Shown here one piece after another: positions 53,841 to 63,682 of a DNA stretch of 64,000 bases (positions are counted from its first letter, which is position 1; each line of letters starts with the position of its first letter). The translations under genes and the position numbers were made by a program. The notes below the pieces were generated by a model. The model made no database searches and was not told where the DNA came from. It worked only from the letters and a program-made list of their open reading frames with translations. Source of the DNA: Clostridia bacterium (GTDB lineage Bacteria; Bacillota; Clostridia; Christensenellales; CAG-314); the NCBI GenBank assembly GCA_900769665.1, contig CAAGHL010000058.1:6651-70650 (forward strand), in the 5' to 3' direction.

Positions 53841-56800
53841 ATGAAAAAATTGTCGATTGTACTGTTGGCAATGGTTTTGGTGTTGGCGTGTGCCTTTGCG
53901 GCTTGTGAAGTTACGCCTACTACCTACACTGTGACATTGACCACGGGCGAAGGCTACACCATTTCGGGTGACAAATCGGTCGAAGAAGGAAAAGACTACA
54001 CATTTACTTTGGTCATTGCCGACGGCTACGAAAAGTCTGCCGATTTTGCAGTAAAGGCAAACGGCACTGCGCTTAGCGAAGCCAACGGCAAATACACCGT
54101 TACGGCAGTTGCGGCAAACATAACAGTCATTGTCAGTGGTGTTGTCAAAAAGGCTGCGCCGATTGTTAAGCATAGCGTTACTTTGCCTACAGGCGAAGGT
54201 TACACCGTTACGGGCGCGACGGAAGTCGTCGAAGGCGAAAATTACACGTTTACGCTTGCTGTCACGACGGGCTTCAACATTGACAATGCGGTTGTCAAGG
54301 TAAACGGCGAAGAACTGGACAACAACGGCAATGTCGGCGAATACACCGTAGAAAACGTTACCGCTGACCTTGTAATTACGGTAGAAGGAGTTGCTCGTAA
54401 CAGCTTGGAGGTTACGCTAACAAACGGTATCGGTTACAAGCTCGATGGCGAAGCAACCGCTACATATGGTTTGCCCTATACGTTTGAAGTAGTAATAGGT
54501 GCGGCGTTCAAAGCAACGGACGATTTTGCGATTAAAGTAAACGGTACGGCACTGACGGCTGAAGAGGACGGCAAGTACAAGGTTGCAAACCCCACTGAAG
54601 CGCTTACAATCACCGCAGAGGGCGTAACGATTGATGAAAGCAAGAAGGCAAGTTTCTTCTACGCACCCAAAAACGACGTCGACGAGTCCTACAACGCAAA
54701 CATCGTTTACGACGCAACAGCGGACATTTTCACGGCGAAGTCGGTAAAAAATACAAATGCTTACGACGTGGCAATCGATCCAGACGTTGTTGCTTGGTAC
54801 AAGGCGCAAGGATACAAATACTTGTCTATGTACTACAACAATACAAACGGCAACGTTTCCAGTCTCGTATTGTACAATGACGCAACAACGGCAAGGTACC
54901 TTGCAGACAAAGATGATCCCGAAAAGGCGATCAATGGTCTTGTATTTGCCGGTAGAAAGTATGTGTCTCCGGGCAAATCCTACTTGTTGCTTGATCTCGA
55001 CAACCTGTACGTTAGCAAAAACGGTTTGTATTTCTGCATGCGTGACGGCGGTGAGGGACAAACTGTGCAATTCTCCGATGTCAAGTTTAGTCAAACAAAG
55101 CCTGTCGAAGCGGAATATATTTCTTTGTTTACTTTTGAAGCAGCTTCCGTTAAGTCCAACATTGTCGGCGTAGATGGCGGCATTGCAATCAATATGTCGG
55201 GGGATCAACCCGTTGCAATCTCCAAGGCGCAAATCGACCAATGGATTGCAGAAGGCAAAAACACCCTTTCTTTCCGTGTTAAAATTGCCAATAAAGACGG
55301 CGAGTTTATCAACAACGCCAACCTGTGGTGTGACTACCCCAATGCTCTTATTGCGGCAGGCTCACAAGACTACGTAGCTACGGAAGGCAAGGTTGTTACC
55401 ATCGACCTTACCGACAGTCAATATGCTAACGGAATTATTTTCCGTGCGGACAACATCGAACTGACGTTCTACTTTACGGAAATTGCCCTTACGCATACCG
55501 ATTACGCAAGCGTTACTCTTGTCGAGGGTACGGGTTATACTCTTAGCGGTGAAACACGCATTGTCAAGGGACAAGAGTACACGTTCAAATTCGCTCTTAC
55601 CGAAGGCTACAAGCAAAACGCAAACTTTGCCGTCAAGGTAAACGGCGAAAAGGTCGACGTTGCCACCGACGGTATGGTTACCGTTGCTGCAGACAAAGTT
55701 ACGGGCGACTTGACCGTGACGGTGGAAGGCGTCGAACAAATCGTTGTAGGCAACATGCTTACTACGGGCAACGGCTTCGAGTACGAAGTGCTTGACGGCG
55801 CAAATGCGGCGGCTATTCCCTACGGCGGCACGCTCAAATTTAAGGTAAACCTTGCAACGGGCTACAATCAAAGCAAATTTGTCGTCAAGGACGGCGAAAA
55901 AGTGTTGGAAGCCGTTGACGGCGTGTATACAATTACCAACATCAGGGAAACGCACATAATCACGGTCGAGGGCGTCGCGCTCAACACATACGGAGTTGCA
56001 TTGCCCACAAGTACCAATTATGAAGTAAAAGGCGCAAACACAGTCACTTACGGCATGGATTACAGCTTTACAATTGCTTTTGCCGCAGGACAAGATACAA
56101 GTGCGGTCAAAGTGTATGCGCAAATCGGCAACGGCGAAAAGGTTGAACTTGCAAAGAGCAGCGACGGCTACACCGTAACCAACGTTACGGACGCACTTAC
56201 AATCACCGTCGAAGGTTTGAAGATTGCCAAGTACACCGTAACGCTCACCCCGACGGAAGGTATCACCTACTTGTCGGAAAACAACGGAACTCCCGCAACG
56301 GAAGCGGAACACGGCAGTACCTATCGCTTCAAGGCTACGTTCGACAGCGCAAAGTACAACGGAACGCTTGTTGTCAAAAACGGCGACATAGTGCTTGTTG
56401 CGGACGGCAACGGTGTGTACTCGGTGGAAAATGTCAGCGGCGACATCGTAATCACCGTTAGCGGCCTTACAATCAACACCTACACGGTTACGCTCACAGA
56501 AGGCGAAGGCTATACAATAGCTGCGGCAGAGGGTAGCGCAAGCCCTGTAAACTATGGCGGAAGTTTCTCCTTTACCGTTACAATCAACAGCGGATACATT
56601 GCCGATACTCTTATTGTCAAGGCAAACGGCACTGCAATTGAAGCAGCGGACGGCAAGTACACTGTATCAAACATCACTAAAAACATCACAATTACCGTTG
56701 ATGGTGTGGAAAAGGACGTATTTAACGAAAGATCGCTGTATAAAACAAGTTGGTACAGCGGCAACGTTGAAGTCGGCGACAAGCAAATGACTGTCCAATC

Positions 56801-57833
56801 GGGTACGAAGATTACCGCGGCATGGGTAAGGGAAGCACTCAACGCAGGCTACACTCACTTGAGATTTGACTTTATTGCAAGTGGTAGCGACGACGGCAAA
56901 GTACTTGTTCACAATGAAAGCGGTACTTGGAATAGATACTGGCGTTTACCTTCAGCAAAAACCATGGTTACAATTCGTATCGACCTTGGAAGTATTGTCG
57001 ATGACGAAGGAAACGTGACGGGCATTGTGTTTGAAGCAAATGCTGGAACAACAAGCGACTATGTGCTTTCCAACTTTGCATTGTTCAAGAGTGCGGAAAC
57101 GGCATCCTGGACAAAGAGTAGTACAAGTATGTATTGTGCAGTTGAAGAAAGCGGCAACTATGTCATTGATACAAATCAATGTGGAGATAATGCTAACGTC
57201 CTTACAACTGCCGAGTGGTGGGCAAAGTACGCTAACAATGCAAAGGCTAACGAAGTCAGTCAGCGTACGATCCTTGTTTATGGTAGATATCTGACAGCCG
57301 GGCAAAATACCGATGGTATGTTGTTTGGTAGACACAGCACTATTGAACACGTGGTCGGAGACACTGCAAATACGGAATTTGTTTACAAGACGTTTAACAA
57401 TACCACGTACAACGATGGCGACAAGTTCCTTATGGGACTTCGCAAAGAAGGCGTTTACGAGTTTGGTATCAGCGACTATCTCTCTACCAACAACGATTGG
57501 GGCGCATTCAAGTACGTGTCTGAAACAAGCGGATCCATTACCGTAACATTGGGCGAAGGCGGAAAACTTGTTTACTTGCCCGTGCAAGATTTGATTGCCG
57601 CAGGCTACACCAAGATTAAGGTAACAGCGAGTGGTTATACAGGCGGTCAATTGTGGGTAGGTAATGACAACTGGAACGATAGCAGCAATAAATACATCTT
57701 CGGTCTTGACAGCGGAAAAACTCAAGAACTTGACCTTACTGCCGCTAACTTTGACAGTGCAAATCCGTATTTGGTTATTATGGCTTCCGGTGGAACGATC
57801 GAAAACGTTACAATTACTGTTTCTTTTCAATAG
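53841..57833 (+). CDS. 1330-aa lipoprotein: 8 InlB-B-repeat-like modules (3+5) interleaved with CBM-like domains; no catalytic motif recognised
   Basis: AAGGAGA RBS. Lipobox CAFAAC. See the repeat features below. Ends VTITVSFQ-TAG. Confidence 0.85.
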   Translation: MKKLSIVLLAMVLVLACAFAACEVTPTTYTVTLTTGEGYTISGDKSVEEGKDYTFTLVIADGYEKSADFAVKANGTALSEANGKYTVTAVAANITVIVSGVVKKAAPIVKHSVTLPTGEGYTVTGATEVVEGENYTFTLAVTTGFNIDNAVVKVNGEELDNNGNVGEYTVENVTADLVITVEGVARNSLEVTLTNGIGYKLDGEATATYGLPYTFEVVIGAAFKATDDFAIKVNGTALTAEEDGKYKVANPTEALTITAEGVTIDESKKASFFYAPKNDVDESYNANIVYDATADIFTAKSVKNTNAYDVAIDPDVVAWYKAQGYKYLSMYYNNTNGNVSSLVLYNDATTARYLADKDDPEKAINGLVFAGRKYVSPGKSYLLLDLDNLYVSKNGLYFCMRDGGEGQTVQFSDVKFSQTKPVEAEYISLFTFEAASVKSNIVGVDGGIAINMSGDQPVAISKAQIDQWIAEGKNTLSFRVKIANKDGEFINNANLWCDYPNALIAAGSQDYVATEGKVVTIDLTDSQYANGIIFRADNIELTFYFTEIALTHTDYASVTLVEGTGYTLSGETRIVKGQEYTFKFALTEGYKQNANFAVKVNGEKVDVATDGMVTVAADKVTGDLTVTVEGVEQIVVGNMLTTGNGFEYEVLDGANAAAIPYGGTLKFKVNLATGYNQSKFVVKDGEKVLEAVDGVYTITNIRETHIITVEGVALNTYGVALPTSTNYEVKGANTVTYGMDYSFTIAFAAGQDTSAVKVYAQIGNGEKVELAKSSDGYTVTNVTDALTITVEGLKIAKYTVTLTPTEGITYLSENNGTPATEAEHGSTYRFKATFDSAKYNGTLVVKNGDIVLVADGNGVYSVENVSGDIVITVSGLTINTYTVTLTEGEGYTIAAAEGSASPVNYGGSFSFTVTINSGYIADTLIVKANGTAIEAADGKYTVSNITKNITITVDGVEKDVFNERSLYKTSWYSGNVEVGDKQMTVQSGTKITAAWVREALNAGYTHLRFDFIASGSDDGKVLVHNESGTWNRYWRLPSAKTMVTIRIDLGSIVDDEGNVTGIVFEANAGTTSDYVLSNFALFKSAETASWTKSSTSMYCAVEESGNYVIDTNQCGDNANVLTTAEWWAKYANNAKANEVSQRTILVYGRYLTAGQNTDGMLFGRHSTIEHVVGDTANTEFVYKTFNNTTYNDGDKFLMGLRKEGVYEFGISDYLSTNNDWGAFKYVSETSGSITVTLGEGGKLVYLPVQDLIAAGYTKIKVTASGYTGGQLWVGNDNWNDSSNKYIFGLDSGKTQELDLTAANFDSANPYLVIMASGGTIENVTITVSFQ
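53925..54650 (+). repeat. Three tandem ~75-83-aa InlB-B-like modules
   Basis: YTVTLTTGEGYTISGDKSVEEGKDYTFTLVIADGYE...GKYTVTAVAANITVIVSGV, and two further copies with the same pattern. Confidence 0.75.
55506..56730 (+). repeat. Five tandem ~80-aa InlB-B-like modules
   Basis: For example SVTLVEGTGYTLSGETRIVKGQEYTFKFALTEGYK...VTGDLTVTVEGV and YTVTLTEGEGYTIAAAEG...GKYTVSNITKNITITVDGV. Confidence 0.75.
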
Positions 57834-57889
57834 GATCACCCGAGCCGTCCGACCCGGACAAACCGAGTGATCGACAATACAATGTTACT

Positions 57890-59953
57890 TTGACAGAGGG
57901 TACAGGCTACACCCTCGACGGCGACAGTGCCGTCACAAAAGGACAAGACTACCGCTTCACGGTCAACCTCAATTACGGTTACCGCAAGGGTAGCAACTTC
58001 AAAGTGCTTGTAAACAATGTAGAACTCGCCCCGACAGGCGAGTTCTATGTAGTTTCGGCTGTTAGTGGTGACATTGTTGTAACGGTGGAGGGCATAGAGC
58101 CTATCCCCGAAAGTTATTGGATAGTACTTGACGGCGATACCGACAGTGCGGAATACACTGCGGCAACGTTGTTGCAAAAATATTTATTGCAAATGACAGG
58201 TATCGACTACCAAATGGTCAGTTTTTCCGATTTGCAAATCGACAGCGGTTGTAATGTGATCAGCGTAGGCAACAACGGATTGTTTGCGATAAGTAGATAT
58301 TCGTCGATTAACCTTGCAAACGAAGACTTTGCATTGTTGAAAGACGGTAAAACGTTGTATATTTGCGGTAGCGGACGCGGGATTTTGTACGGCTCATATC
58401 GGTTTTTGCGAGAAAACGGCTGTGAGTTTTACGCTAAGGGTGTAGAGACGATACCGTCCGATGTAACCCTGAACACGAATTTGAATTTGGTAGACGCACC
58501 CGACTTTGCAATACGTGCATACCTATCTTACAACACTTGTTACAGCGGTACAGACAGTGACCTTGTAACCAAGCTTGGACAAAACAGTAGTTACGCGTCA
58601 AACGTGTCAGCTAAGTACGGCGACACCGTACGGTTTGGCTACATCGGTGCGGATACGCACAATATGCGGTTTTACATAGACGACGACTACAACCCTGCTA
58701 ACGGTAGCAAGTATTGGGGCACAACGCTTTGTCCGTCGGCTGACGTAGTAGGCGCTTACACACCCTGTCTGACAAACGGCATAGATTACAACCTGACCGG
58801 CATAAACACGCTTGCTCTTGCAACGGCGCATATGAAGCAACTGATATTGGCAAATCCCGATATTACGTACTTTACATTTGAGCAGGAAGACGGCAACGAA
58901 GGCACTACTGACAATCCCAAACATCCCTATTGTATGTGCGAAAACTGCGTTAAAGCGGCTAAGTTGTACAACAGAAGCGGCGTTATGTTGCGGTTTATCC
59001 AGTCAATGCTAAACAACTTGCGCGCCGACAGCGACCTATTGGGACGACAATTTAAGATAATTACTTTTGCATACGGCTACTCGACAACCGCGCCTATGGG
59101 CGGCGTTACGGTGGACAAAGATTTGTGCATCTGGTATGCGGCATGGGGCGACATGCGGTATTCGCTGTCCGACAGCAAGCAAATGACAAGTATACGCACC
59201 GATTACAACGCTTGGATTGTGGCAACCACAGGCGACGACAACGGTAGCTTGATACTGTGGTTGTACGACGTGTGCTACAACAACTACATCAAGTACTTTG
59301 GCACAACTATGACGGCAATCGACCAAATCGTGGACGAAGCCAAGGCGGCAGGCGTGGAGATGATACTTGTGCTTGGTGCGTACGACGCCGACAATATTTG
59401 GCAAAGCGAAATGCGCAACTATGTGTGGAGTCGCAAGTTGACGGACAGTAGTTTGAGCGCGGTAACATTGCGTGACAATTTTGTGCGAGCGTACTTCGGA
59501 GCCACGGCGGCGGATTACGTAATAGGTTACATTAACGATTACGACGGCTATCTTGCCGACCAAGGACTCGGTTACGAAGTTGTGCACGGCACGGAGTACA
59601 TGCGCAAGGTTAAATTGAAGGAACACGTTGCTTCACTAAAACGTATCGATAACGCAATTGCTGTCGTTGCCAACGATGGTGCGCTTACCGCCGAACAAAA
59701 GGCTATTTACACGGCAAGACTGCAAGGTGTGCGTGCTTCGACATACTGCGCATTGATGTGCTACTGGGAAAGCGAGTATAGCAAAACTTTGCTTGCAAGT
59801 AGCGAAAAGTCCTACGTTGGCGGCAGTTTGGAGGAAATTCAAAACCGCTTTAAGACGGCGTGTGCGGCGGCAGGTATAACCCGTTGTCGCGAAGGCACGG
59901 ATTCGGACAACACGGTAGACAACTTTATCACTAACCCCAACAAGTGCTGGTAG
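57890..59953 (+). CDS. DUF4838-family protein with one N-terminal InlB-B-like module; lacks its own signal peptide and RBS, probably the frame-shifted continuation of 53841..57833
   Basis: The only start in the open frame is TTG 57890, with no RBS. The frame is open from 57755 and encodes linker GSPEPSDPDKPSDRQ plus the missing start of the module (YNVTL|TEGTGYTLDG). DUF4838-like blocks DGKTLYICGSGRGILYGSYRFLREN and CMCENCVKAA. Confidence 0.7.
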   Translation: MTEGTGYTLDGDSAVTKGQDYRFTVNLNYGYRKGSNFKVLVNNVELAPTGEFYVVSAVSGDIVVTVEGIEPIPESYWIVLDGDTDSAEYTAATLLQKYLLQMTGIDYQMVSFSDLQIDSGCNVISVGNNGLFAISRYSSINLANEDFALLKDGKTLYICGSGRGILYGSYRFLRENGCEFYAKGVETIPSDVTLNTNLNLVDAPDFAIRAYLSYNTCYSGTDSDLVTKLGQNSSYASNVSAKYGDTVRFGYIGADTHNMRFYIDDDYNPANGSKYWGTTLCPSADVVGAYTPCLTNGIDYNLTGINTLALATAHMKQLILANPDITYFTFEQEDGNEGTTDNPKHPYCMCENCVKAAKLYNRSGVMLRFIQSMLNNLRADSDLLGRQFKIITFAYGYSTTAPMGGVTVDKDLCIWYAAWGDMRYSLSDSKQMTSIRTDYNAWIVATTGDDNGSLILWLYDVCYNNYIKYFGTTMTAIDQIVDEAKAAGVEMILVLGAYDADNIWQSEMRNYVWSRKLTDSSLSAVTLRDNFVRAYFGATAADYVIGYINDYDGYLADQGLGYEVVHGTEYMRKVKLKEHVASLKRIDNAIAVVANDGALTAEQKAIYTARLQGVRASTYCALMCYWESEYSKTLLASSEKSYVGGSLEEIQNRFKTACAAAGITRCREGTDSDNTVDNFITNPNKCW

Positions 59954-60050
59954 TGCGTGGACGTGTAAAAGCATGCATCGGACTTTAACGTTTAATTGAC
60001 TTGATACGATTGACCGTTGCAAGTGAAAACAAGTAAATACTAAAACAAAA

Positions 60051-60082
60051 GGGATCGGCAACAACGTCGGTTCCTTTTTTTT
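60051..60082 (+). terminator. Intrinsic terminator
   Basis: GGGATCGGC / GTCGGTTCC stem (three G-U pairs) followed by T8. Confidence 0.55.
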
Positions 60083-60236
60083 GTGGCGTGCGGCGGTTTG
60101 TTTTGTGCTCGATTGATGGCGGTAATTGCTTTATGGTTCGTAGTTGCTTAGTTTGTCAAACGATAGTATGCAAGTACGTGCTTGTTGCTATTCTTGCTCA
60201 AGTTGTAATAAATATTGCCGTATATATCGTTGCATA

Positions 60237-60265
60237 TTTCAATTTTTGGCAATTTATGGTACAAT
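60237..60265 (+). promoter_or_regulatory. Extended -10 promoter candidate
   Basis: TGgTACAAT at 60257-60265. Weak -35 TTTCAA with a 17-nt spacer. Confidence 0.35.
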
Positions 60266-60330
60266 TAACATAGGAAGTTATCGATTAAAGCATTGGCTTG
60301 TTACCGATGCAATCGATTGGAGAAAAATGT

Positions 60331-61737
60331 ATGTTAAACGACAAATTTGTGTCTGCAATATTTTGCGCACCAACAGGTGAGTACGAAAATTACCCGTCGC
60401 GACTGACCGATAAGGTGTTTGCCGCATTGAAAAATATGGGTATAAACCGCATTTTCGGTTACGGTTTCGACAGTCGAGCGGAAACGGTTGAACGGACGTT
60501 CGAGTTGTGTGAAAAATACGGCATTTTGTATTATCCTACGCCGTCGGCATGCGGTCGTTATGTGCGCTTGACGGGAGACAAAGCCTATTGGAAACTGTCC
60601 GAAACAGAGCGCAAACAACTTGATGACGACTTTGTCGCCGAAGTGGCGGCACTTGCCAAACACAAGGCTTTTGGCGGTATTATGTTTGGTGACGAGGCAG
60701 GCTACCTTGCGTTTGATGGTGCAGCGCATGCGTGTAACGTGTTTAAGGCGCACTTTGCCGAGTACGAGTTTATGTACAATTTCTTTTCGTACAGCATTGA
60801 CGAAAAGATTTTTTGGACAGGCATTGAAAGCGCGCCGACCGAATGCGCGGAATTGCAACCAAAGCCGTTTGAATTGACTGGTGACTTGCAAGTAAGTTTT
60901 GCCAATCGTTTTAGAGTGTACGACAAGTTGTTGACGGGATTTTTGGATAAAGCCGTGCCGAGCTATGTGTCGCAGGACCGTTACCCGATGGAACCGCATT
61001 GGGCGGTAGTGCCGACGTCGGTGCACGTGGCGTTGTTTGAACTGTCGGCAGTTATGTCGCAAGCCAAGCGCAAGTATGGTATGGGTAGTTACAACTACGT
61101 GCAAGTGGGGCAATGGGGCAACGACATCCGACGTATGACAAACAAGGGCGAACTGCTGTTGCAAATAAACGTCATTTTGTCCTACGGCAATGATGGTGTA
61201 GCGTTTTTCCCGGGAGCGTTTCCGCTGGATTGGCGGAATATACCGAGTTACAATGCTGCAAAAAACGGCGAGTCGTCGCTTATAGACATCTACGGCAATG
61301 TCACTCGTTTCGGAAAATGGCTTGCCTACACGCAACCTTTTTACGACGCTATTGCCGCCGAAATGCGTGCAAGCAACTTTGTAGGGGTGTCGGCATACGG
61401 ACATTACGACAACGGTTTTATTTTAGACAAAGCGGCAAGTTTGCCTGATAGCGAGTGTATTTACCAAGGCAACTTCCCCGACATGTGCTATGCGCGTGAC
61501 GAAAATATTGTTGTGGACAGTACCAACCAAGTGGCGGTTTCGCTGTTTGAGCATGACGATAAACGTAGATATTTCGTGACCAATTTGTCGTCGGTGTACG
61601 GCAACAACGTGCAACTTACTTTGCCTAGTGGCAACTATACGGCTACATTGCAAAACGGATCTACAACGGATTTTGACAGCAAGATTTCCGTCGACCTTGC
61701 CGCAGGCGAAGCAATGTGGATTGTAAGTAAAAAATAG
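60331..61737 (+). CDS. Cytoplasmic protein of unknown function, possibly a TIM-barrel glycosidase-like enzyme (468 aa)
   Basis: GGAGA lies before ATG 60331. No signal peptide. Alternating beta/alpha pattern, with an acidic strand end GGIMFGDEAGY and a C-terminal beta-sandwich-like tail. I do not recognise the family. Confidence 0.7.
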   Translation: MLNDKFVSAIFCAPTGEYENYPSRLTDKVFAALKNMGINRIFGYGFDSRAETVERTFELCEKYGILYYPTPSACGRYVRLTGDKAYWKLSETERKQLDDDFVAEVAALAKHKAFGGIMFGDEAGYLAFDGAAHACNVFKAHFAEYEFMYNFFSYSIDEKIFWTGIESAPTECAELQPKPFELTGDLQVSFANRFRVYDKLLTGFLDKAVPSYVSQDRYPMEPHWAVVPTSVHVALFELSAVMSQAKRKYGMGSYNYVQVGQWGNDIRRMTNKGELLLQINVILSYGNDGVAFFPGAFPLDWRNIPSYNAAKNGESSLIDIYGNVTRFGKWLAYTQPFYDAIAAEMRASNFVGVSAYGHYDNGFILDKAASLPDSECIYQGNFPDMCYARDENIVVDSTNQVAVSLFEHDDKRRYFVTNLSSVYGNNVQLTLPSGNYTATLQNGSTTDFDSKISVDLAAGEAMWIVSKK

Positions 61738-61744
61738 ATACGTA

Positions 61745-61773
61745 TTGAATTTTTCGATACAAAACAGTAAAAA
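61745..61773 (+). promoter_or_regulatory. Promoter candidate upstream of the GH20 gene
   Basis: TTGAAT, 17-nt spacer, TAAAAA. Confidence 0.3.
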
Positions 61774-61798
61774 TCGGTAAAATCAAGGAGAAATCGGA

Positions 61799-63409
61799 AT
61801 GTCGTTGGGCGTAATGATAGATTGCTCGCGCGATGCGGTGATGACGGTCGACAAATTGAAGGATTTTATTACAATACTTGCTAAATTCGGCTACGACAGT
61901 GTGCAACTGTACACGGAAGATACCTACGAAATAGACGGCGAACCATATTTCGGCTATATGCGCGGAAGGTATACGCAAGAGGAAATTCGTTCTCTCGACA
62001 AGTTTTGCAACGAACTTGGCGTGGAACTTATCCCTTGCGTGCAAACTTTGGCACATCTCAACCAAATGCTCCGTTGGCATACATACGCCGACATCAATGA
62101 CGTCAACGACATTTTGCTTGTCGACGAGCCTAAAACATACGAGTTTATCGACCGTATATTTGCAAGTCTTGCAAATTCGTTCAGCTCTCGGCGCGTAAAC
62201 ATCGGCATGGACGAAGCGCACATGTTGGGGCTTGGCAAGTACCTGAATAAGCATGGATACAGTGACCGCTTTGACATTTTATCTCGACATCTATCCAAGG
62301 TCGTGGAGATTGCCTCAAAGTACGGTTTTAGTCCAATGATGTGGTCGGATATGTATTTCCGCCTTGCAAACAAGGGCAACTATGCCGACATCGGCAATGA
62401 CGCAAGTAAAATATGGTTTAGCAAGGAAATTGCCGACAAAATGCCCAAGGGCGTTACGCCCGTGTATTGGGACTACTACAGCAACGAAACTTACATTGCG
62501 CAAATGTTGGACAAACATGCGCTGTTCGACCGTCCGATAGGGTTTGCAGGCGGTGCGTGGACATGGAAAGGCTTTTGCCCCGACAATACGCTGTCGCTTG
62601 ACACAATGTTGTCTGCAATGCGTGTTTGCAAGCAAAAGAATGTCGGCACGGTTTTTATCACAATGTGGGGTGACAACGGCGGCGAGTGCTCTAGATATGC
62701 CGTGTTGCCTAGCTTGTACGCCATTGCACAAGTGTACCACGGCAACGAGGATATGGCGGCAATCAAGCGTGGCTTTAGGCAAATTGTTGGCGAGGACTTT
62801 GACGATATGATGTCGCTTGATTTGCCCGACAGACTGTTTTGTGAAGCGAAAGACATCCGCAACCCATCCAAATATATGTTGTACAACGACATTTTGTTGG
62901 GACAGTTTGACAGCACCGTGTCCGGCGGCGAAAACGAAAAATACGCCGAACTTGCGACGAAATACAAACAACTTGCAAGCCGTGGCGGTACGTATGCATG
63001 TTTGTACAATATGTATTACCGTCTTGCCGATGTGTTGTCTGTCAAGTACGAGCTCGGCGTAAAGTTGCGTGCGGCGTACAAGCGTGGTGACAGAGCTTGG
63101 CTTGTGGAATTGCAAAGCGACTTGAACGCAACGGTGGACAAATTGAAGAAGTTTACAACTGCGTTTTTGGCTGTTTGGAACGGCGAAAACAAACCGTTTG
63201 GGGTGGAAATACACCAACAGCGGTTAGGTGGTGCAATCTTGCGTGCCGAGTACTGTCGTGACAAGGTTGCGGCTTTTGTCGATGGTAAGATTGACAAAAT
63301 CGAGGAACTGGAAGTTGACGTGTTGGATGTGTCGTGCGGCACGGAACCTGTCGGCAAAACGGTGATGTTTAACGATTGGACGAAGAATGTGTCGACGTCG
63401 GCGATATAG
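61799..63409 (+). CDS. GH20-family beta-N-acetylhexosaminidase-like enzyme (536 aa, cytoplasmic)
   Basis: LGVMIDCSRDAV, ELIPCVQTLAHL and RVNIGMDEAHMLGLGKY (D-E catalytic pair context) are typical of single-domain GH20 enzymes. AAGGAGA RBS. Confidence 0.8.
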   Translation: MSLGVMIDCSRDAVMTVDKLKDFITILAKFGYDSVQLYTEDTYEIDGEPYFGYMRGRYTQEEIRSLDKFCNELGVELIPCVQTLAHLNQMLRWHTYADINDVNDILLVDEPKTYEFIDRIFASLANSFSSRRVNIGMDEAHMLGLGKYLNKHGYSDRFDILSRHLSKVVEIASKYGFSPMMWSDMYFRLANKGNYADIGNDASKIWFSKEIADKMPKGVTPVYWDYYSNETYIAQMLDKHALFDRPIGFAGGAWTWKGFCPDNTLSLDTMLSAMRVCKQKNVGTVFITMWGDNGGECSRYAVLPSLYAIAQVYHGNEDMAAIKRGFRQIVGEDFDDMMSLDLPDRLFCEAKDIRNPSKYMLYNDILLGQFDSTVSGGENEKYAELATKYKQLASRGGTYACLYNMYYRLADVLSVKYELGVKLRAAYKRGDRAWLVELQSDLNATVDKLKKFTTAFLAVWNGENKPFGVEIHQQRLGGAILRAEYCRDKVAAFVDGKIDKIEELEVDVLDVSCGTEPVGKTVMFNDWTKNVSTSAI

Positions 63410-63682
63410 CGGTGGATTATGAAATACATATCTCACGGAACGAAATTTAACACAATAGAAAACCACGTCAATGCGCCGCTGTTCAAGCGTGTGTTTGACT
63501 GCGACGGCGGCGCAGTACCGCTCGATCACGGCACCGCTACAATTTATCAAACCGTCCGTAGATAACGAAATTTTGTATACGTATGCAAAATTTAACGACA
63601 TTTTGCGGTATTTTGACCGCTGAAAACGAATTATATACACAATAAAGTCGATGAATTTCTAAATAAAAAGGAGCGTAGAAAA

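Noticed and set aside
57819-57835. Programmed -1 ribosomal frameshifting as the explanation for the 53841/57890 junction.
   Set aside because: TCTTTTCAATAG is not a canonical X-XXY-YYZ slippery heptamer, and I see no obvious downstream stem-loop or pseudoknot. An indel (real or artefactual) in the T4 run is the simpler reading. It is kept as an open question in the findings.
60088-60273. 61-aa Cys/Val-rich ORF in the intergenic region upstream of 60331.
   Set aside because: It has no RBS and a GTG start directly after the terminator T-tract. Its composition is typical of AT-rich non-coding sequence, and it overlaps the promoter-like element.
63419-63565. 48-codon ORF (MKYISHGTKFNTIENHVNAPLFKRVFDCDGG...) between the GH20 gene and fucI. 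It vaguely resembles the N-terminus of GH78-type rhamnosidases, so it could be a gene remnant.
   Set aside because: The similarity is only a short pattern recalled from memory. The RBS spacing is poor (GGTGGA 3 nt from the ATG). I cannot support either a real small protein or a pseudogene call without a blastx search.
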